A DNA stretch of 64,000 nt, taken from the NCBI RefSeq assembly GCF_009914755.1, contig NC_060929.1, one strand, 5' to 3'. Below, piece by piece: positions 32,065-44,316 of this stretch. The position numbers and the translations under genes are program-made. Position 1 is the stretch's first letter. Each line of letters opens with the position of its first letter. A model generated the notes under the pieces. It was not told where the DNA came from, searched no databases, and saw only the letters and a list, made by a program, of their open reading frames with translations. The DNA is from the human T2T-CHM13v2.0 reference genome, Homo sapiens.

Positions 32065-32840
32065 TAGGGAGAATTAACCATGCCCAGAAGATTTGAATAT
32101 CTACATTTACAAGCTGCCTATCTTAAGTCCAAAAACTGAAAGAAGAAAATATATTTAGAAATAGTTTATCCATGTGAATTAGTTATCCAGCTTCATATTG
32201 CAGACATGCAGAAGTACTTAAACTATGTTTTATTTTTTATTTTCTTTCTCATTATTCATTGAAGCTGTTTTTAATTTCTAGCAAGATCTAAATTAGGTTT
32301 ATTTTAACTGTGAAGTATCTAGTAGTTACAGTGTAAAGCTTTCACTGTATATTGAAGCCTAAGCATTTAATAATATGTCATCATTCCTAGTTATTTCATC
32401 AGAAATCAATCGTAGTCTATATTTCAGAATAAAATTTACATTTGAAAGGTCTATAACTTCTCAGATTTCTGAAACTTTCCCCAAGTGGAATTTTGTAAAA
32501 AGACTTCTCCTTCTCACTAATTTTATTCAATTTTTGAATCAGAAATGTTCTTAATATTATAAATATTTTTGAAAGTGTTTTGACTGATTTGTGTTAAGAT
32601 TTAGAGATGGAATATTACACTTAAAAATATGGAGCTCAGTATTACATAAGTCCACACAAATATGAGTTTAATATTTGAGTTTATTTATCATAGCATTACA
32701 GCCTTTACCCTTAAAGTTCAACTCTTTCAATGAAATAACCTCCAATTCACTAAAAAACTCAATTGTCCAGAACATTCTACTCTCTTGCCCTGTTAGTCCT
32801 TCACTCATTTAAATAATAACAATAATAATGGTGAACAACC

Positions 32841-33334
32841 GGTGGTAGGCAGAATTTTGGTTCCCATAGCCTTTGCCCCCAACCCCCATGTTATGCCTGT
32901 GAATGTCACATTACATGGCAAAAGAGACTTTGCAGATGTAATTAAGGTTACTAATGAGCTCTTTACTAATTAAGATAGAGAGTTTATAACTGGTTTATCC
33001 AAGTAGGTGCGCTGTAATCACATAAGCCTGAGCCCTTAAAAGCAGAGGAAGGACTGGGCGCGGTGGCTCACGCCTGTATTCCCAGCACTTTGGGAGGCCA
33101 AGGCGGGCGGATCACGAGGTCAGGAGATCGAGACCATCCTGGCTAACATGGTGAAACCCCATCTCTACTAAAAATACAAAAAATTAGCCGGGAGTGGTGG
33201 CGGGTGCCTGTAGTCCCAGCTACTCAGGAGGCTGAGGCAGGAGAATGGCATGAACCCAGGAGACGGAGCTTGCAGTAAGCGGAGATCGCGCCACTGCACT
33301 CCAGCCTGGACGACAGAGTGGGACTCCGTCTCAA

Positions 33335-33366
<32 letters not shown>

Positions 33367-33746
33367 CATAGGAGGAGGGCAAAATAGAGAGACCAGAGAG
33401 ATGAGGCAGAAGTCTGAGGGATTCAAAGCACAAGATGGATTCAACATGACATTGATGGCTTAAAAGTGGAGGGACCCACATGTCAAGGAAACAGCGACCT
33501 CAGTCCTAAAACGACAAGAACTGAATTTTGCCCAATCACCTGAATAAGCCTGTAAGCAAGATCCTTCCTTAGAGGCTCCAGATAAGGAGCCCAGGCTGGC
33601 CAACACCTTTATTTCTGCTTTGTAAGACCCTAAGCAGAGAACCTGGCAGAAGGCTCGGATCTAGAGAACTGTGAGATAATCAGTGGGTGTTTGAAGTCAC
33701 TAAGAATGTGGTAATTTGTTACAGCTGCAACAGGGAACTAATAACA
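32841..33746 (+). mobile_element. MLT1D/E-type LTR split by AluY
   Basis: gtggtaggcagaat...gactttgcagatgtaattaagg...gtggtaatttgttacagc. Confidence 0.85.
33051..33367 (+). mobile_element. AluY with (CAA)n tail
   Basis: gagatcgagaccatcctggctaac, gaatggcatgaacc, gagcttgcag. Confidence 0.95.
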
Positions 33747-33749
33747 ACA

Positions 33750-33960
33750 GAGCACTTGCATGGGTCAGGCTCTAACTGCTACATGTTTATAAACTCATTA
33801 AATCTTCACAACAGCCTAACAAGGTGAAAAACATTTTCTAGGCAAGAAGATTAAGACACAGATTATAGGTAGACTGTGACACAAGTAGTAAGTAACAGAG
33901 CCCAGATTTGAACCCAAGCAGCCTTACTCCAAAGACTGTGATATTCAAACTATCATTACA
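33750..33960 (-). mobile_element. MIR
   Basis: aatcttcacaacagcc...cagagcccagatttgaacccaagcag. Confidence 0.7.
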
Positions 33961-34824
33961 CTGTAGGGGAGTGAGATTAGGCTTACGAGCAGAAGGAGAG
34001 AGAGTGAGAGAGAGGACAACATGATGAGAAGAGAGGAGAGAATATAACTGGAAAAACAGATGACTATTAGAAAACTGGAGAAGAATTCAGAATTCCAACT
34101 GCTTCTGTCTAACATCCTGTCATCAAAACTAAATGTTTCAGTAATGATGTCATTATAAAATTGTGATTGACTCTCCATGAATTTTTAATATTTTTACTAT
34201 TGTCTTTAGGTCAACCCATGTATTTCCCTGCAATAAAATGTGTCAGGACACTTGATTACATGCAAATGTCACATCCATTAACTTGTCTGGACCTTCTAGT
34301 GGACTTTCACTCAGCTCCTTGTGGGTAGAGACTCACTTATTCATATTCTTAACACCCGCCCAGGGGTCAAAACAGGCAGAGAGTTTTACAGAATAAATAG
34401 GGGGAAAATGTAGTATAAATGTTTTGAAAACTGCAAAGCATTATTTTAAAAATAGGAAAGCTTATTATAGTATCTCTTCAAATGACATTATTCCAAATAT
34501 ATTTTAATTCATAAAGCTGAAAAGCCAGTTACCAAATACATTTTCTTCAAAGACTTCTGACACATGCAGCCCATCTGACTAGAAAGAGTTCTCAACACTT
34601 CTCTTTGGTGCTTGCATAGAACTTTCTTCACAGCTCATGCTAATTTAGTTCTGAGTTTCATAAGCATACAAAAATTTAGTCCATAAATAGCCCAGCATCC
34701 TCAAGGCAGTGGGTAGGAGTTCCCTGAATCATTCCATGAGATTTCTCAGGAGAGTCTTCATGTTCAGATTAGACCCATATGTCCATAATGCCTTTATTAC
34801 AAAAGTGTGGGGTGGGGAAAAGTA

Positions 34825-35010
34825 TTTAAGAGTCACTAGCCTTGGATTCAAATACCATCCTTGCTACTGTCCGTAGAAAGCCCTGGTGTAGAGAATTGTT
34901 TATATTTTCTGAGCCTCAATTCTTTATCTTTATCACTCTGATAATAATATCCAACATTTCTAATTCTCAGAGACATCATAAGAAACATATGACATAATGT
35001 ATGTAAAAGT
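34825..35010 (+). mobile_element. MIR
   Basis: ggattcaaatacc...ctgagcctcaatt...ataatgtatgtaaaagtg. Confidence 0.6.
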
Positions 35011-35664
35011 GTTTTATAACTTTTAAAGAGCTAAGAGAATAACATTGTTTAACCTCTCTCAGGGCTTTCTAGATCTTTACTTTTAGCTGGATTTTACTAG
35101 TGTATAGATGAGAAAAATGAACACATCTGTGGTGCTTACTTTCCACATTTCAGATGCTGGTTTAATAGTCTATGATTGCCATTTCTTACTGGTTCACCCA
35201 CTGGCCCTTTCTAGATTTGTTCCTGCTAAACCATGAATTCCTAAACATCCTCTTTTGGCCCAGTTTTTCATCTTATCCAAAACCTTTCCCTTATCTTCAG
35301 GCTGATAAAACATCCCACAAGTCTGTTTCCTGTTAAATGAAGCTTTTGGATTTATACCTTGACCTGTATTTGCAGCTCACCCAAACCTTTTGTCTGTTTG
35401 TTTGAACCTCAGTCACACTTATCTTGGTCTAGTGGTTTATAATATATTCTTATCATTTTCATTATAAAATATGATGTTTCTACCCAAAAGTATTTCAATC
35501 TTATTTCGTTTTTTATAAAAAGTTACACTTTTTTGTTTTACCTCTCCTACAGAACATTATAAATTCTTCTGCCTATTCATGCCCAGAGATAGTCCTAAGC
35601 TCAAGGTAAATGCAGTGATATTTTCTAAAACTATGCTCAAGGTCTTTCTTTGCCTGAAAAGACT

Positions 35665-36040
35665 TGCGTTAGTTAGGGTAATGTCAGTAACTACGGTAAA
35701 TAAACCCTAGAATTCCAGTGGTCTATGGAATAGAAGTTCATTTCTCCCTCAGTGCAACATAGTTATTTCAGATGAGTAGGGAGATTTTCTTTGCATATAA
35801 TTCAGAGACCTGTGTTTCATTGTATTGGGAATGTGCCATCCCTGAGGGCTTTATCTTTTTGTGCATCCTTCCAGCAGAAAGGAGGGTAACACACATCATT
35901 TCTGCTCCAGTCCATTAGCAAGAACTAGTCACAAGGCCATATCTAGGCACTGACATAGCTGGGAAACATAGTCTCCTACTAAGCAGCTGCTTCCAGTAAT
36001 AACTCTACCATGGAAGGAACACAAGGATCGGTGGGTATCT
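35665..36040. mobile_element. Old LTR (LTR33-like)
   Basis: gttagttagggtaatg...atagaagttcatttctc...agaactagtcacaaggcc...gctgggaaacatagtc. Confidence 0.55.
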
Positions 36041-37263
36041 GAATGGTTGCATGAATTAAAAAACCAGAAACTAATGCAGCCTAAGAATCAAAAAGTAGTT
36101 ACCAGAGCAAGTTTTCTGCATAAACTCTTTCCTACCCAAGTGGCAGATGAGGGAATAGAGAACTTTTCAAAAATATATGCATATAGTCCAGAGACAGATC
36201 AGGGAAGTCATAAATTTTAGCTTAGATATAAATAGAAATTATACAGCCAAATAAAACTAATCAAGCTGGTCAAATTCCTTACCATTAAAGAAAGGGACTT
36301 GCACAGATTTCCTCTGGATATTGACTGCATTGCTAGCAACCTGGAGTAGGTTGAAAATGAGCATGGGTGCATTGCCTCATGCTGCAGAGAGTTATGGTAC
36401 ATGTAAAAGATTACATAGAAAGAGAACAGCTGTCTTACTTAGCTTGTAATAACATCTTGGACTTAAGTGATCAACCTTCTCCATGATCATCTAGAATATC
36501 AAGCATAGCCTCTTCAAATGTACCTCATGCATAATCAGGCATTGTTGCCTTTTCACTTACCACAGATGCAGTAAGTCTGAGGTAGCAAGACAGTTTCACT
36601 AAAAAAAAAAAAAATTACTTCTTAAGAAATGACTCTGTATGTAAGAAATTCCAGGAGATGGCATGTACCTTTCAGGTTTTTCAGCTTATAGATTGCCAGT
36701 TAGTCTCTCCAGTACAGAGATGCAAGGGCTGACACAGAGAGCAAATCTCCTGCTGCTGTGTAAAGGGACATCCTCAGAAGTTTCTTTTCAAACATCTCAA
36801 AATGGCCTAAAACATATCCATAAATAAATCCTTAGAGAAATTTGGATTCAAGTTAGAGAAATATTTATCAAAACTTGCAAATATTCATTATAAAAGAAAA
36901 ACTATAAATATGCTCCCCATTATACAAATTATAGTGGTAGGGATACCCTGTGAAAAGGTCATTTAATTCATAATAGCATGTAGAAAACTGGTTAGATAAA
37001 TTTTAATATGGGAAAGCAAGGTAATGCATTTAGCAATAAATAATTTAAACTATAAGTATAAAACAAAGAGTTCTGAGCTAATAGTTATGGTCAAGAATAA
37101 AGGACCTATGATGAGAGGAAATTGCTCACATTAGGCATCCATGGCTTTAAAAGCCATCCAAATATTGTGGGTAATTGGACAATTTTAGTATGTAAGGGGA
37201 AAATGAGTAATTATTATTTTTCTCTTCTGTAAAATTATGGTGCTTCCACACATGAAACACAAC

Positions 37264-37714
37264 TGTGCAGCCTTTGGAGCGTGCTCCTCAGATGCCCCTT
37301 GAAGGGAAAATCTACTTCAAGGAGCATACTCATCAGACAGTCTCTGGTGCTATACCATGAAGCCACCTCAGCATTCATATGGAGGCCACACTATACCCAG
37401 ACTGCTCACAGCCAATGACAGAGTACATCGGTGGTTCTAAAGCTGCCACATCCCCTGCCCAAAAGGGGACTTCTGTAACAGGCGATCTTTTCTCTGGGGC
37501 TACCCATCAACCTGCCAGAGGCCTTCTCAGAGCTGCACTGCAGTCTGAGGCTCTGCCCACCCCATCCTCCTTTCTTATCTCCCTTTACAGGTGTCAGACA
37601 TCACACTCATATTCTCTTTCTCTCCTGTATTATCTATGGACATTTCTCCCAGTAAATCTCTTGCACATCTAATTCCATATTTGTATTTCCTTCCCAGAGG
37701 ATGTAAGCTGATAC
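37264..37714 (+). mobile_element. LTR16-type 5' LTR of an ERVL provirus
   Basis: TG start; cagccaatgac; gtaaatctcttgcacatctaattc; directly followed by a primer-binding site. Confidence 0.8.
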
Positions 37715-37715
37715 T

Positions 37716-37730
37716 TGGTACCAGAAGTGA
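37716..37730 (+). promoter_or_regulatory. tRNA-Leu primer-binding site
   Basis: tggtaccagaagtg is complementary to the tRNA-Leu(TAA) 3' end. Confidence 0.75.
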
Positions 37731-39772
37731 TCTGATATAGCAGATACCTTGCTGCCCAACTAGGAGGAGGCACAGATAGTCTCTGCACAAGGAGAGAGGC
37801 CAACTGCTAAAAATTTTAGTAGCGTTGACCTGGAAAAAATGACTCAATGGAAGGAACACTGTGACTGGTATTCAGTCATTTGAAATCTATGGTGAAAAAA
37901 TGCATGAAGGGACAGAAGAATTAGCTAGTTATTACTAAGTTGCCCTGACACTCTACAGAAGGATAATGACAAACTTGAGTCACTTAATGGAGAATTAATG
38001 TTGAGTTTAAGAGCCAGAGGACCTTTTTAGTAGCTTCTGAATATTTCTTATTTTGTGCAATGCAAAAGTAGACACAGAGAAGGAGCAAGCACGGGACCTA
38101 AGAATTAGGTTCATGGAGCTCCAGAATCATTTAAGTGACCAGCCAAGACATTTCTGGTATGCTAAGGTCAAGGTTCAGGTTGAGAAGGTATGGGGCAGTG
38201 AGGATAAACTAGGTAGATGCCCCTAAGGATTGGGGCTCTGAAGACTACCCTGAAACCATGTAGTTTGCAGAGGTGACCCAGCCCCATTAACAGACGGCAC
38301 TCCTCTCATGCAGGAGACACTGCAGAGGCCTCTCTCTGCTGCAGGAGACCAGGGCCCCCCCGCTGCCCTCACTGCTCTTTCAGCTGCAATTCTGATCCTG
38401 AGGGTCAATCCCAGCATAATCCAGCCAGGGACATATGGGACCAAATAAGGCAGGAAAGACTTTACACACCAAAGGAACAGCAAGCAAGAAGTAGAAATCA
38501 TGAACCAACAGGAGCAGTGGGAGAATCTTGGGACTAGATTTTGAGGGTGCTTGGTCAAGAGAACCTGAAAATAATACTGAATGAACAATAATTCATTCAT
38601 TTGGAGACATTTTCTTGTGATGTGAGTTTAATGTCCTGGCAAGAGCCCTGGGAAATAAGGCAAAATTCACTGTTAGGGGGACTTTTAGAAGCTTAGAGAA
38701 AGCAGTGGCTCATGCTGAGCAAAGTTGAAATGCCAGAGTTGATATGGCAGACAGTAGCAGATGGAATGAAAAAGCTCTAAAAGGTAGACATGCTGGAATG
38801 AACATCCAACTGAGGATAATGCTCCGTGGGAGGTCCCAGAGGATGCAGAATTCCCCTAGGCTACCAGGAATGCACTGGTGAGAGGGGCACCAACCTCACT
38901 AAGAAGTGCAGCAGGGGCTCCTCTGCAAGCCAGGGCTACATCAGGGGAGGTGGTCGCCAAGCCTGGGCCATGAATAGCCAAGGGGGTAACAGAGGCTGGG
39001 AGGTAGCATTTCACTGTCAGAAGCCAAAGACCACAATTATCATAATGACTGGCAACCCACAGGGACTTGAGAAGATGGCTAATAAGCTGTCATATCCTAG
39101 TGAATAAACAGACTGACAACAATAAGAGTGCTGCTTAATATCTAGCAACAGTGAAAGAGCAGAGAGCTTAGAGTGGTCACTCCACTGAAAAGGCATAATT
39201 CCTTTCTCATTTCCTGAGAAAGCCTATATGGTAGGGGGAAAAAAGCACTTAGTTCTTCCACAGGGGAGCCTGCAGCCATTTACTCAGATAATGGCTGGAG
39301 AAAGGGTATTATCCAACATTTTGAGGACTATTGGACATAACATTCTGAGTTGACATTGATACCCAGAGACACAAACAATTATCATAACAACCTCATCATT
39401 AGAGTGGGTCCAGGTAATAAAGGGAATCACTGATAAAATCCAACATACAGTGGGGTCACTGGGTACACAGATAAATCAAGCGGTCATTTCCATGAGTGTA
39501 TAGTCAAGATTCAAAATTAGAGTTCATGGCCAGGTGGGGTAAGCACTATCATAGTGGCAAAGGCTGAGTGAAAGCCTCTAGAACTATCCCCACCCTTCAT
39601 GCAAGATAGTAAATCAAAAACAATATTATATCATGAAAAGATGGTAGGGATTATTGCTACTTGCATGATTAAAGCTCAGTGTTTTAGGAGTGTAGCCTCT
39701 ATCATACCTTTGTGTAATTCATCGGTTTAACCCCTGCAGAAACTGGATAGATTAGAGAGAATGGCTGTAGAC

Positions 39773-40117
39773 CAGTGGTCACCAACCTTTTTGGCATCAG
39801 GGACCAGTTTCATGGCAGGCAATTTTTATACAGATGGGGGTGGGGTGGAGGAGTGGTTTTGTGATGAAACTCACCTCAGATCATCAGGCATTAGATTCTC
39901 ATGTGTAGTGCACAATCGAGATCTCTTGCATGTGCAGTTCACAATAGGGTTTGCACTCCTATGAGACTCTAATGCTGCCACAGATCTGACAGGAGGTGGA
40001 GCTCAGGCAGTAATGCTGCTCACTCACTGACTCACCACTCACCTCCTGCTGTGCAGCCTGGTTCCTACCAGGCCTCAGACCAGTACCTGTCTATGGCCCA
40101 GGGGTTGAGAACCCCTG
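39773..40117. mobile_element. MER1B (hAT) inserted in the ERVL RT
   Basis: Termini cagtggtc / aacccctg; perfect 8-bp TSD ctgtagac at 39765-39772 and 40118-40125. Confidence 0.93.
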
Positions 40118-41176
40118 CTGTAGACTACCAGAAGCCCAACCACATAGTAGCCTGATCATATCCACCAGACCAAACACAATTTTATTGCTAAAGCTGAAGA
40201 ATAAGGCCTTCTGTAGTCATGAAAAGGGATCAGACTCTGTTGTATTTACCTGAAATGGACAATGATGGTCATATACAGTTTTACCCTCAGGCTATAAAAA
40301 CTGTCCTGTCTTCTGTCATAGATAGTATCATCCAATCACATATGGACTGTCACAACATGCCACAGAAAACCACACTGATCCATTACATCAATGACTTCAT
40401 AGCTAGCAGGCAGGATGAACGTGAGATGTCTAGAGCCCTGGAAACCTTAGTAAGACATCTGGACTCAAGATGATGGAAAATTGATTCATTGAAAATTCAG
40501 GGACCTACCACGTAGTAAAGTTTTCAGGGGTGCACTTGTTGCAGAAACATCCCCTCTAAAGTAAAACGCAAATTGCTGCATTTGGCATCCTCAACTACAA
40601 ATAAGGAAGCACAAAGTCCAACAGGCTTCTTTTGGCTCTGGAGGCAACATGTTCCATACCTAGGGATACTTTTCTGGCTGATACAATGCATAACATGGAA
40701 AATTACTAGATTCGAATGGAGCTCAAAGCAGGAAGGGGCTGTGAAGCAGGTCCAGACTGCAGTGCAAGCAGTCTTGTTGCTTGGACCATGTGGCCCAGCA
40801 GCCATTATGATATAAGAAGTGTTACTAGAAAAAGATGCAATGTCAAAATTATGGTAAACCCTAATAGGAGAATTGTAGACCTTTCATGAAATAGCTTCTG
40901 ACATGTTGCTAGGCCCAGGTGCAGATGGAATGCTTGACTTGGGACATTAAGTGACCACGCATTCAGCAGTGCCCATGGTTATATCAGCACATTTTATCAG
41001 ACCTTTCAAGTAATAAAGTTGAACAAGCTCAGCAGCAGTCATTCATAAGAAAGAAATGTTGCACCAGGATGAAAAGCACACTGGAGCAGAAAGGAAGAGT
41101 AAGCTGCAGGAGCAGGTAGCCCAGCCCCTAGTGTCAGATACCATGGTTACAACAGTGTCCCTCCTGTACCTTGCTC

Positions 41177-41435
41177 ATATGGCTATATGCAGGTCCTGTA
41201 TAACCAGCTGAAGAAGGAGAAAAACGTCCAAATTTGTTTGTGGATGGGTCAGCTCAGCATGGGAGCATAAATTCTAAAACGATGGCTACTGTACTACAAC
41301 TACATTCAGGGGTGGTCTTGAAAAATAGTGGAGAGAAAAAAAATGTTTCTAACTGGTGGAGCTGTGAGTGGTTCAGATATACTTTGTATGGAAGGAAAAG
41401 TGACCTGAAGGAAGGAGATATATGTGGACGTGTGG
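41177..41435 (+). repeat. ~259-bp direct repeat, copy 1
   Basis: atatggctatatg...gatatatgtggacgtgtgg; repeated at 42246-42503. Confidence 0.95.
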
Positions 41436-42245
41436 TGATACGGGAGTGCTGGGAAGGGAAGTGCTGGGTAGAGAAACACGGGTCCCTGGCGAGGGCTCCA
41501 TCACCATGGACATAGGTGAGGACAGGCACTCCTACTTTCCCACCCAAATGTTGCATTTTCCAAGACCACCTTGGCCTGCCATGCCCCCATCCTAGGCCTA
41601 TAAAAACCCCAGACCCTAGCAGGCAAACACACAGGTGGCCAGATGTAGAGAGGAGCACATCGGCAGAAGAAGATGCAAGCAGCTGGTCATCGAGAGAATG
41701 TCGAGAGGAGCACATGGGCAGAAGCGCACACCAACAGGCACTGGCACGCTGGCAGGCCATCGACCGGTGGGATGAGGCGGGGTTTGACTGGGGAAGTCGG
41801 AGTACAGCCAGGACTACAGAGGGGCCCAACTCCAGGGGAAAACCATCTCCTTTCTGGCTCCCGCATCAGCTGACAGCTACTTCCACTCAATAAAACTTTA
41901 TACTCATTCTCCAAGCCCACAAGTGATCCAGTTCTTCCAGTACACCAAGGCAAGAATCCGGGATACAGTAAGCCCTCTGTCCTTGCGACAAGGTAGAGGG
42001 TCTAATTGATATGGTTAACACAAGTCATCTACAGATAGCAAAATAAGAGAGCACCCTGTAACACGTGCCCACTAGAGCTTCAGGAGTTGTAAACATTCAC
42101 CCCTAGACACTGCTGTGGGGTTGCAGCCCCACAGCCTGTTCGTCTGTATGTTCCCCTGGAGGCTTGAGTAGCAGGGCACTGAAGAAGCAAGCCACATCTC
42201 CATTGTATGTCATGTGAAGGGGACAAGGGAACCTTTCCCGTTTCA
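41436..42245 (+). mobile_element. ERV1 solo LTR (LTR1 family-like)
   Basis: tgatac...acctttcccgtttca; TATA-like cctataaaa near 41598; aataaa at 41889. Confidence 0.88.
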
Positions 42246-42503
42246 ATATGGCCATATGAGGTCCTGTATAACCAGCTGAAGAAGGAAAACATCCAAATTT
42301 GGTTGTTGGATGGGTCAGCTCAGCATGTGAGTGTAAAATCAAAAATGATGGCTACTGTACTATAACTGCATTCAGGGGTGGTCTTGAAAAATAGCGGAGA
42401 GAAAAAAAAAATGTTTCTAATTGGTGAAGCTACAAGTGGTTCAGATATACTTTGTATGGAAGGAGAAGTGACCTGAAAGAAAGAGATATATGTGGGTGTG
42501 TGG
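42246..42503 (+). repeat. ~258-bp direct repeat, copy 2
   Basis: atatggccatatg...gatatatgtgggtgtgtgg. Confidence 0.95.
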
Positions 42504-43049
42504 TGGGTGTACATGTGTGTGCATGTGTATTTCTGGGTAGTAGTCAATGGCCCGGTCAGCTGATCAACAATAGCCTAGAAATAAAAGGACTGAAAGATCA
42601 GAGATGAGGAGATCTCTAGTAAGGCATGTGCATAAACATATGCGAGTGGGCTCAAATTATGAAACTTTTTGTATAACATGTTAACATCTACTAGAAAGCA
42701 TCCATCATGGGAAAAGCACTGAAGAATCAAGTAGACAAAATGACGTAGCCAGTTGACTTTAGCCAGTCGACTTTAGCCAGTCTTACTTATCAGCCGCTAA
42801 GAAATGGCATGATGGGCATATGAACAAAGGCACTGAGGTGGCAGTATTGGAGTCTGCACAGGGATCTAACATGGACTCTCACCTGTCCAGGCCTATTTAC
42901 CTACTGTCATGCTGAATGTCCAGCCTGCCATGAGTGCTGAGTCCCCATATAGCACTATTTCTGCAGGAGATTAGCCAGTTACTTGGTGGCAACTCGACTA
43001 AACTGGATCTCTTTCATCTTGGAAAAATTGACAGTTTGTCCTTACAGAG

Positions 43050-43455
43050 AAAATGTAAGATGCTCAACATCACTAATTATTAGAGAAAGGCAAATCAAAA
43101 CCACAATGAGATGCCATCCCACACCTGTCCGAATGACTATTACTAAAAAGTCAAAAATTAACAGATGGTGTCAAAGTTGCAGAAAAAAAGGGAATGCTTA
43201 TACATTTCATGTGGGAATGTAAATTAGTTTAGCTATTGTGGAAAGCACTTTGGCAATTTCTCAAAGGACTTAAAACAGAATTACCATTTGACCCAGCAAT
43301 CCCATTACTGGTTATATACCCCAAAGAATTCTAATTATTCTACCATAAGGACACATGCACATGAATGTTCATCGTGGCATGATTCACAATACCAAAGACA
43401 TGGAATCAACCTAAATGCCCATCAATGACAGACTGGATAAAGAAATTGTGGTACA
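43050..43455 (+). mobile_element. L1PA15/16-like 3' fragment, left part
   Basis: RCSTSLIIRERQIKTTMRCHPTP remnant; resumes at 47620. Confidence 0.88.
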
Positions 43456-44036
43456 GGAGAGGACCCACAGACACTCTGAAGGAAGCCAACTGCTCCTGCA
43501 GGACCTGGGAGACCCCCCAAAAAACTGCACAAGTATCCACGGCTGAGAGGCCCATAGATGGTTCACATTACAGGACTCTGTGCAGACAACCCCCAGTACC
43601 AGCCCAGAACTGTGTAGACTCACCAGCTGGCTAGACCCAGAAGAGAGACAACAGTCACTACAGTTTGACTCACAGGAAGCCACACCCACAGGAAAAGGTG
43701 CAGAGTACTACATTAAGGAAACACCACATGGGACAAAAGAATCTGAACAACAGCCTTCAGCCCTAGACCTTCCCTCTGACAGCCTACCCAAATGAGAAAG
43801 AACCAGAAAACCAAACCTGGTAGTATGGCAAAATGAGGCTCTTCAACACCCCAAAAAAATTACACTAGTTCACCAGCAATGGATCCAAACCAAGAAGTCC
43901 CTGACTTTTCTGAAAAAGAATTCAGGTTAGTTATTAAGCGAATCAGGGAGGAACCAAAGAAAGGCAAAGCCCAATGCAAAGAAATCCAAAAAATGATACA
44001 AGAAGTGAAGGGAAAAATATTTAATGAAAGAGGTAG

Positions 44037-44316
44037 CTCAAGGACAAAAAACCAAACACCGTATGTTCTCACTCACAGGTGGGAATTGAACAATGAGAGC
44101 ACATGGACACAGGAAGGGGAACATCACACACAGGGGACTGTTGTGGGGTCGGGGGAAGGGGGGAGGGATAGCATTAGGAGATACACCTAATGCTAAATGA
44201 CAAGTTAATGGGTGCCGCACACCAACATGGCACATGTATACATATGTAACAAACCTGCACATTGTGCACATGTACCCTAAAACTTAAAGTATAATAATAA
44301 TAAAATTTAAAAAAAA
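44037..44316 (+). mobile_element. Young L1PA (PA2-4-like) 3'UTR fragment inside L1PB ORF1
   Basis: caaggacaaaaaaccaaacacc...gggagggatagcattaggag...taccctaaaacttaaagtataataat. Confidence 0.92.

Larger units (their letters stand above)
37716..43048 (+). mobile_element. ERVL internal region (ERV3-16A3-like): decayed gag/pro/pol
   Basis: Protease-like GLLD..SELTLI near 39325; RT LIHYIND (YIDD-like, ORF 40219); KEAQ..GFFWLWRQHVP (ORF 40573); RNase H FVDGSA (ORF 41234); integrase AECPAC near 42911. Confidence 0.88.

Noticed and set aside
41254-41829. Longest ORF (191 aa, minus strand)
   Set aside because: Runs antisense across the GC-rich LTR and ERVL junction; consistent with a chance open frame.
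41177-42503. The 259-bp repeats as LTRs of a novel element
   Set aside because: They lack TG...CA ends and are collinear ERVL pol sequence; the enclosed segment is itself the LTR.
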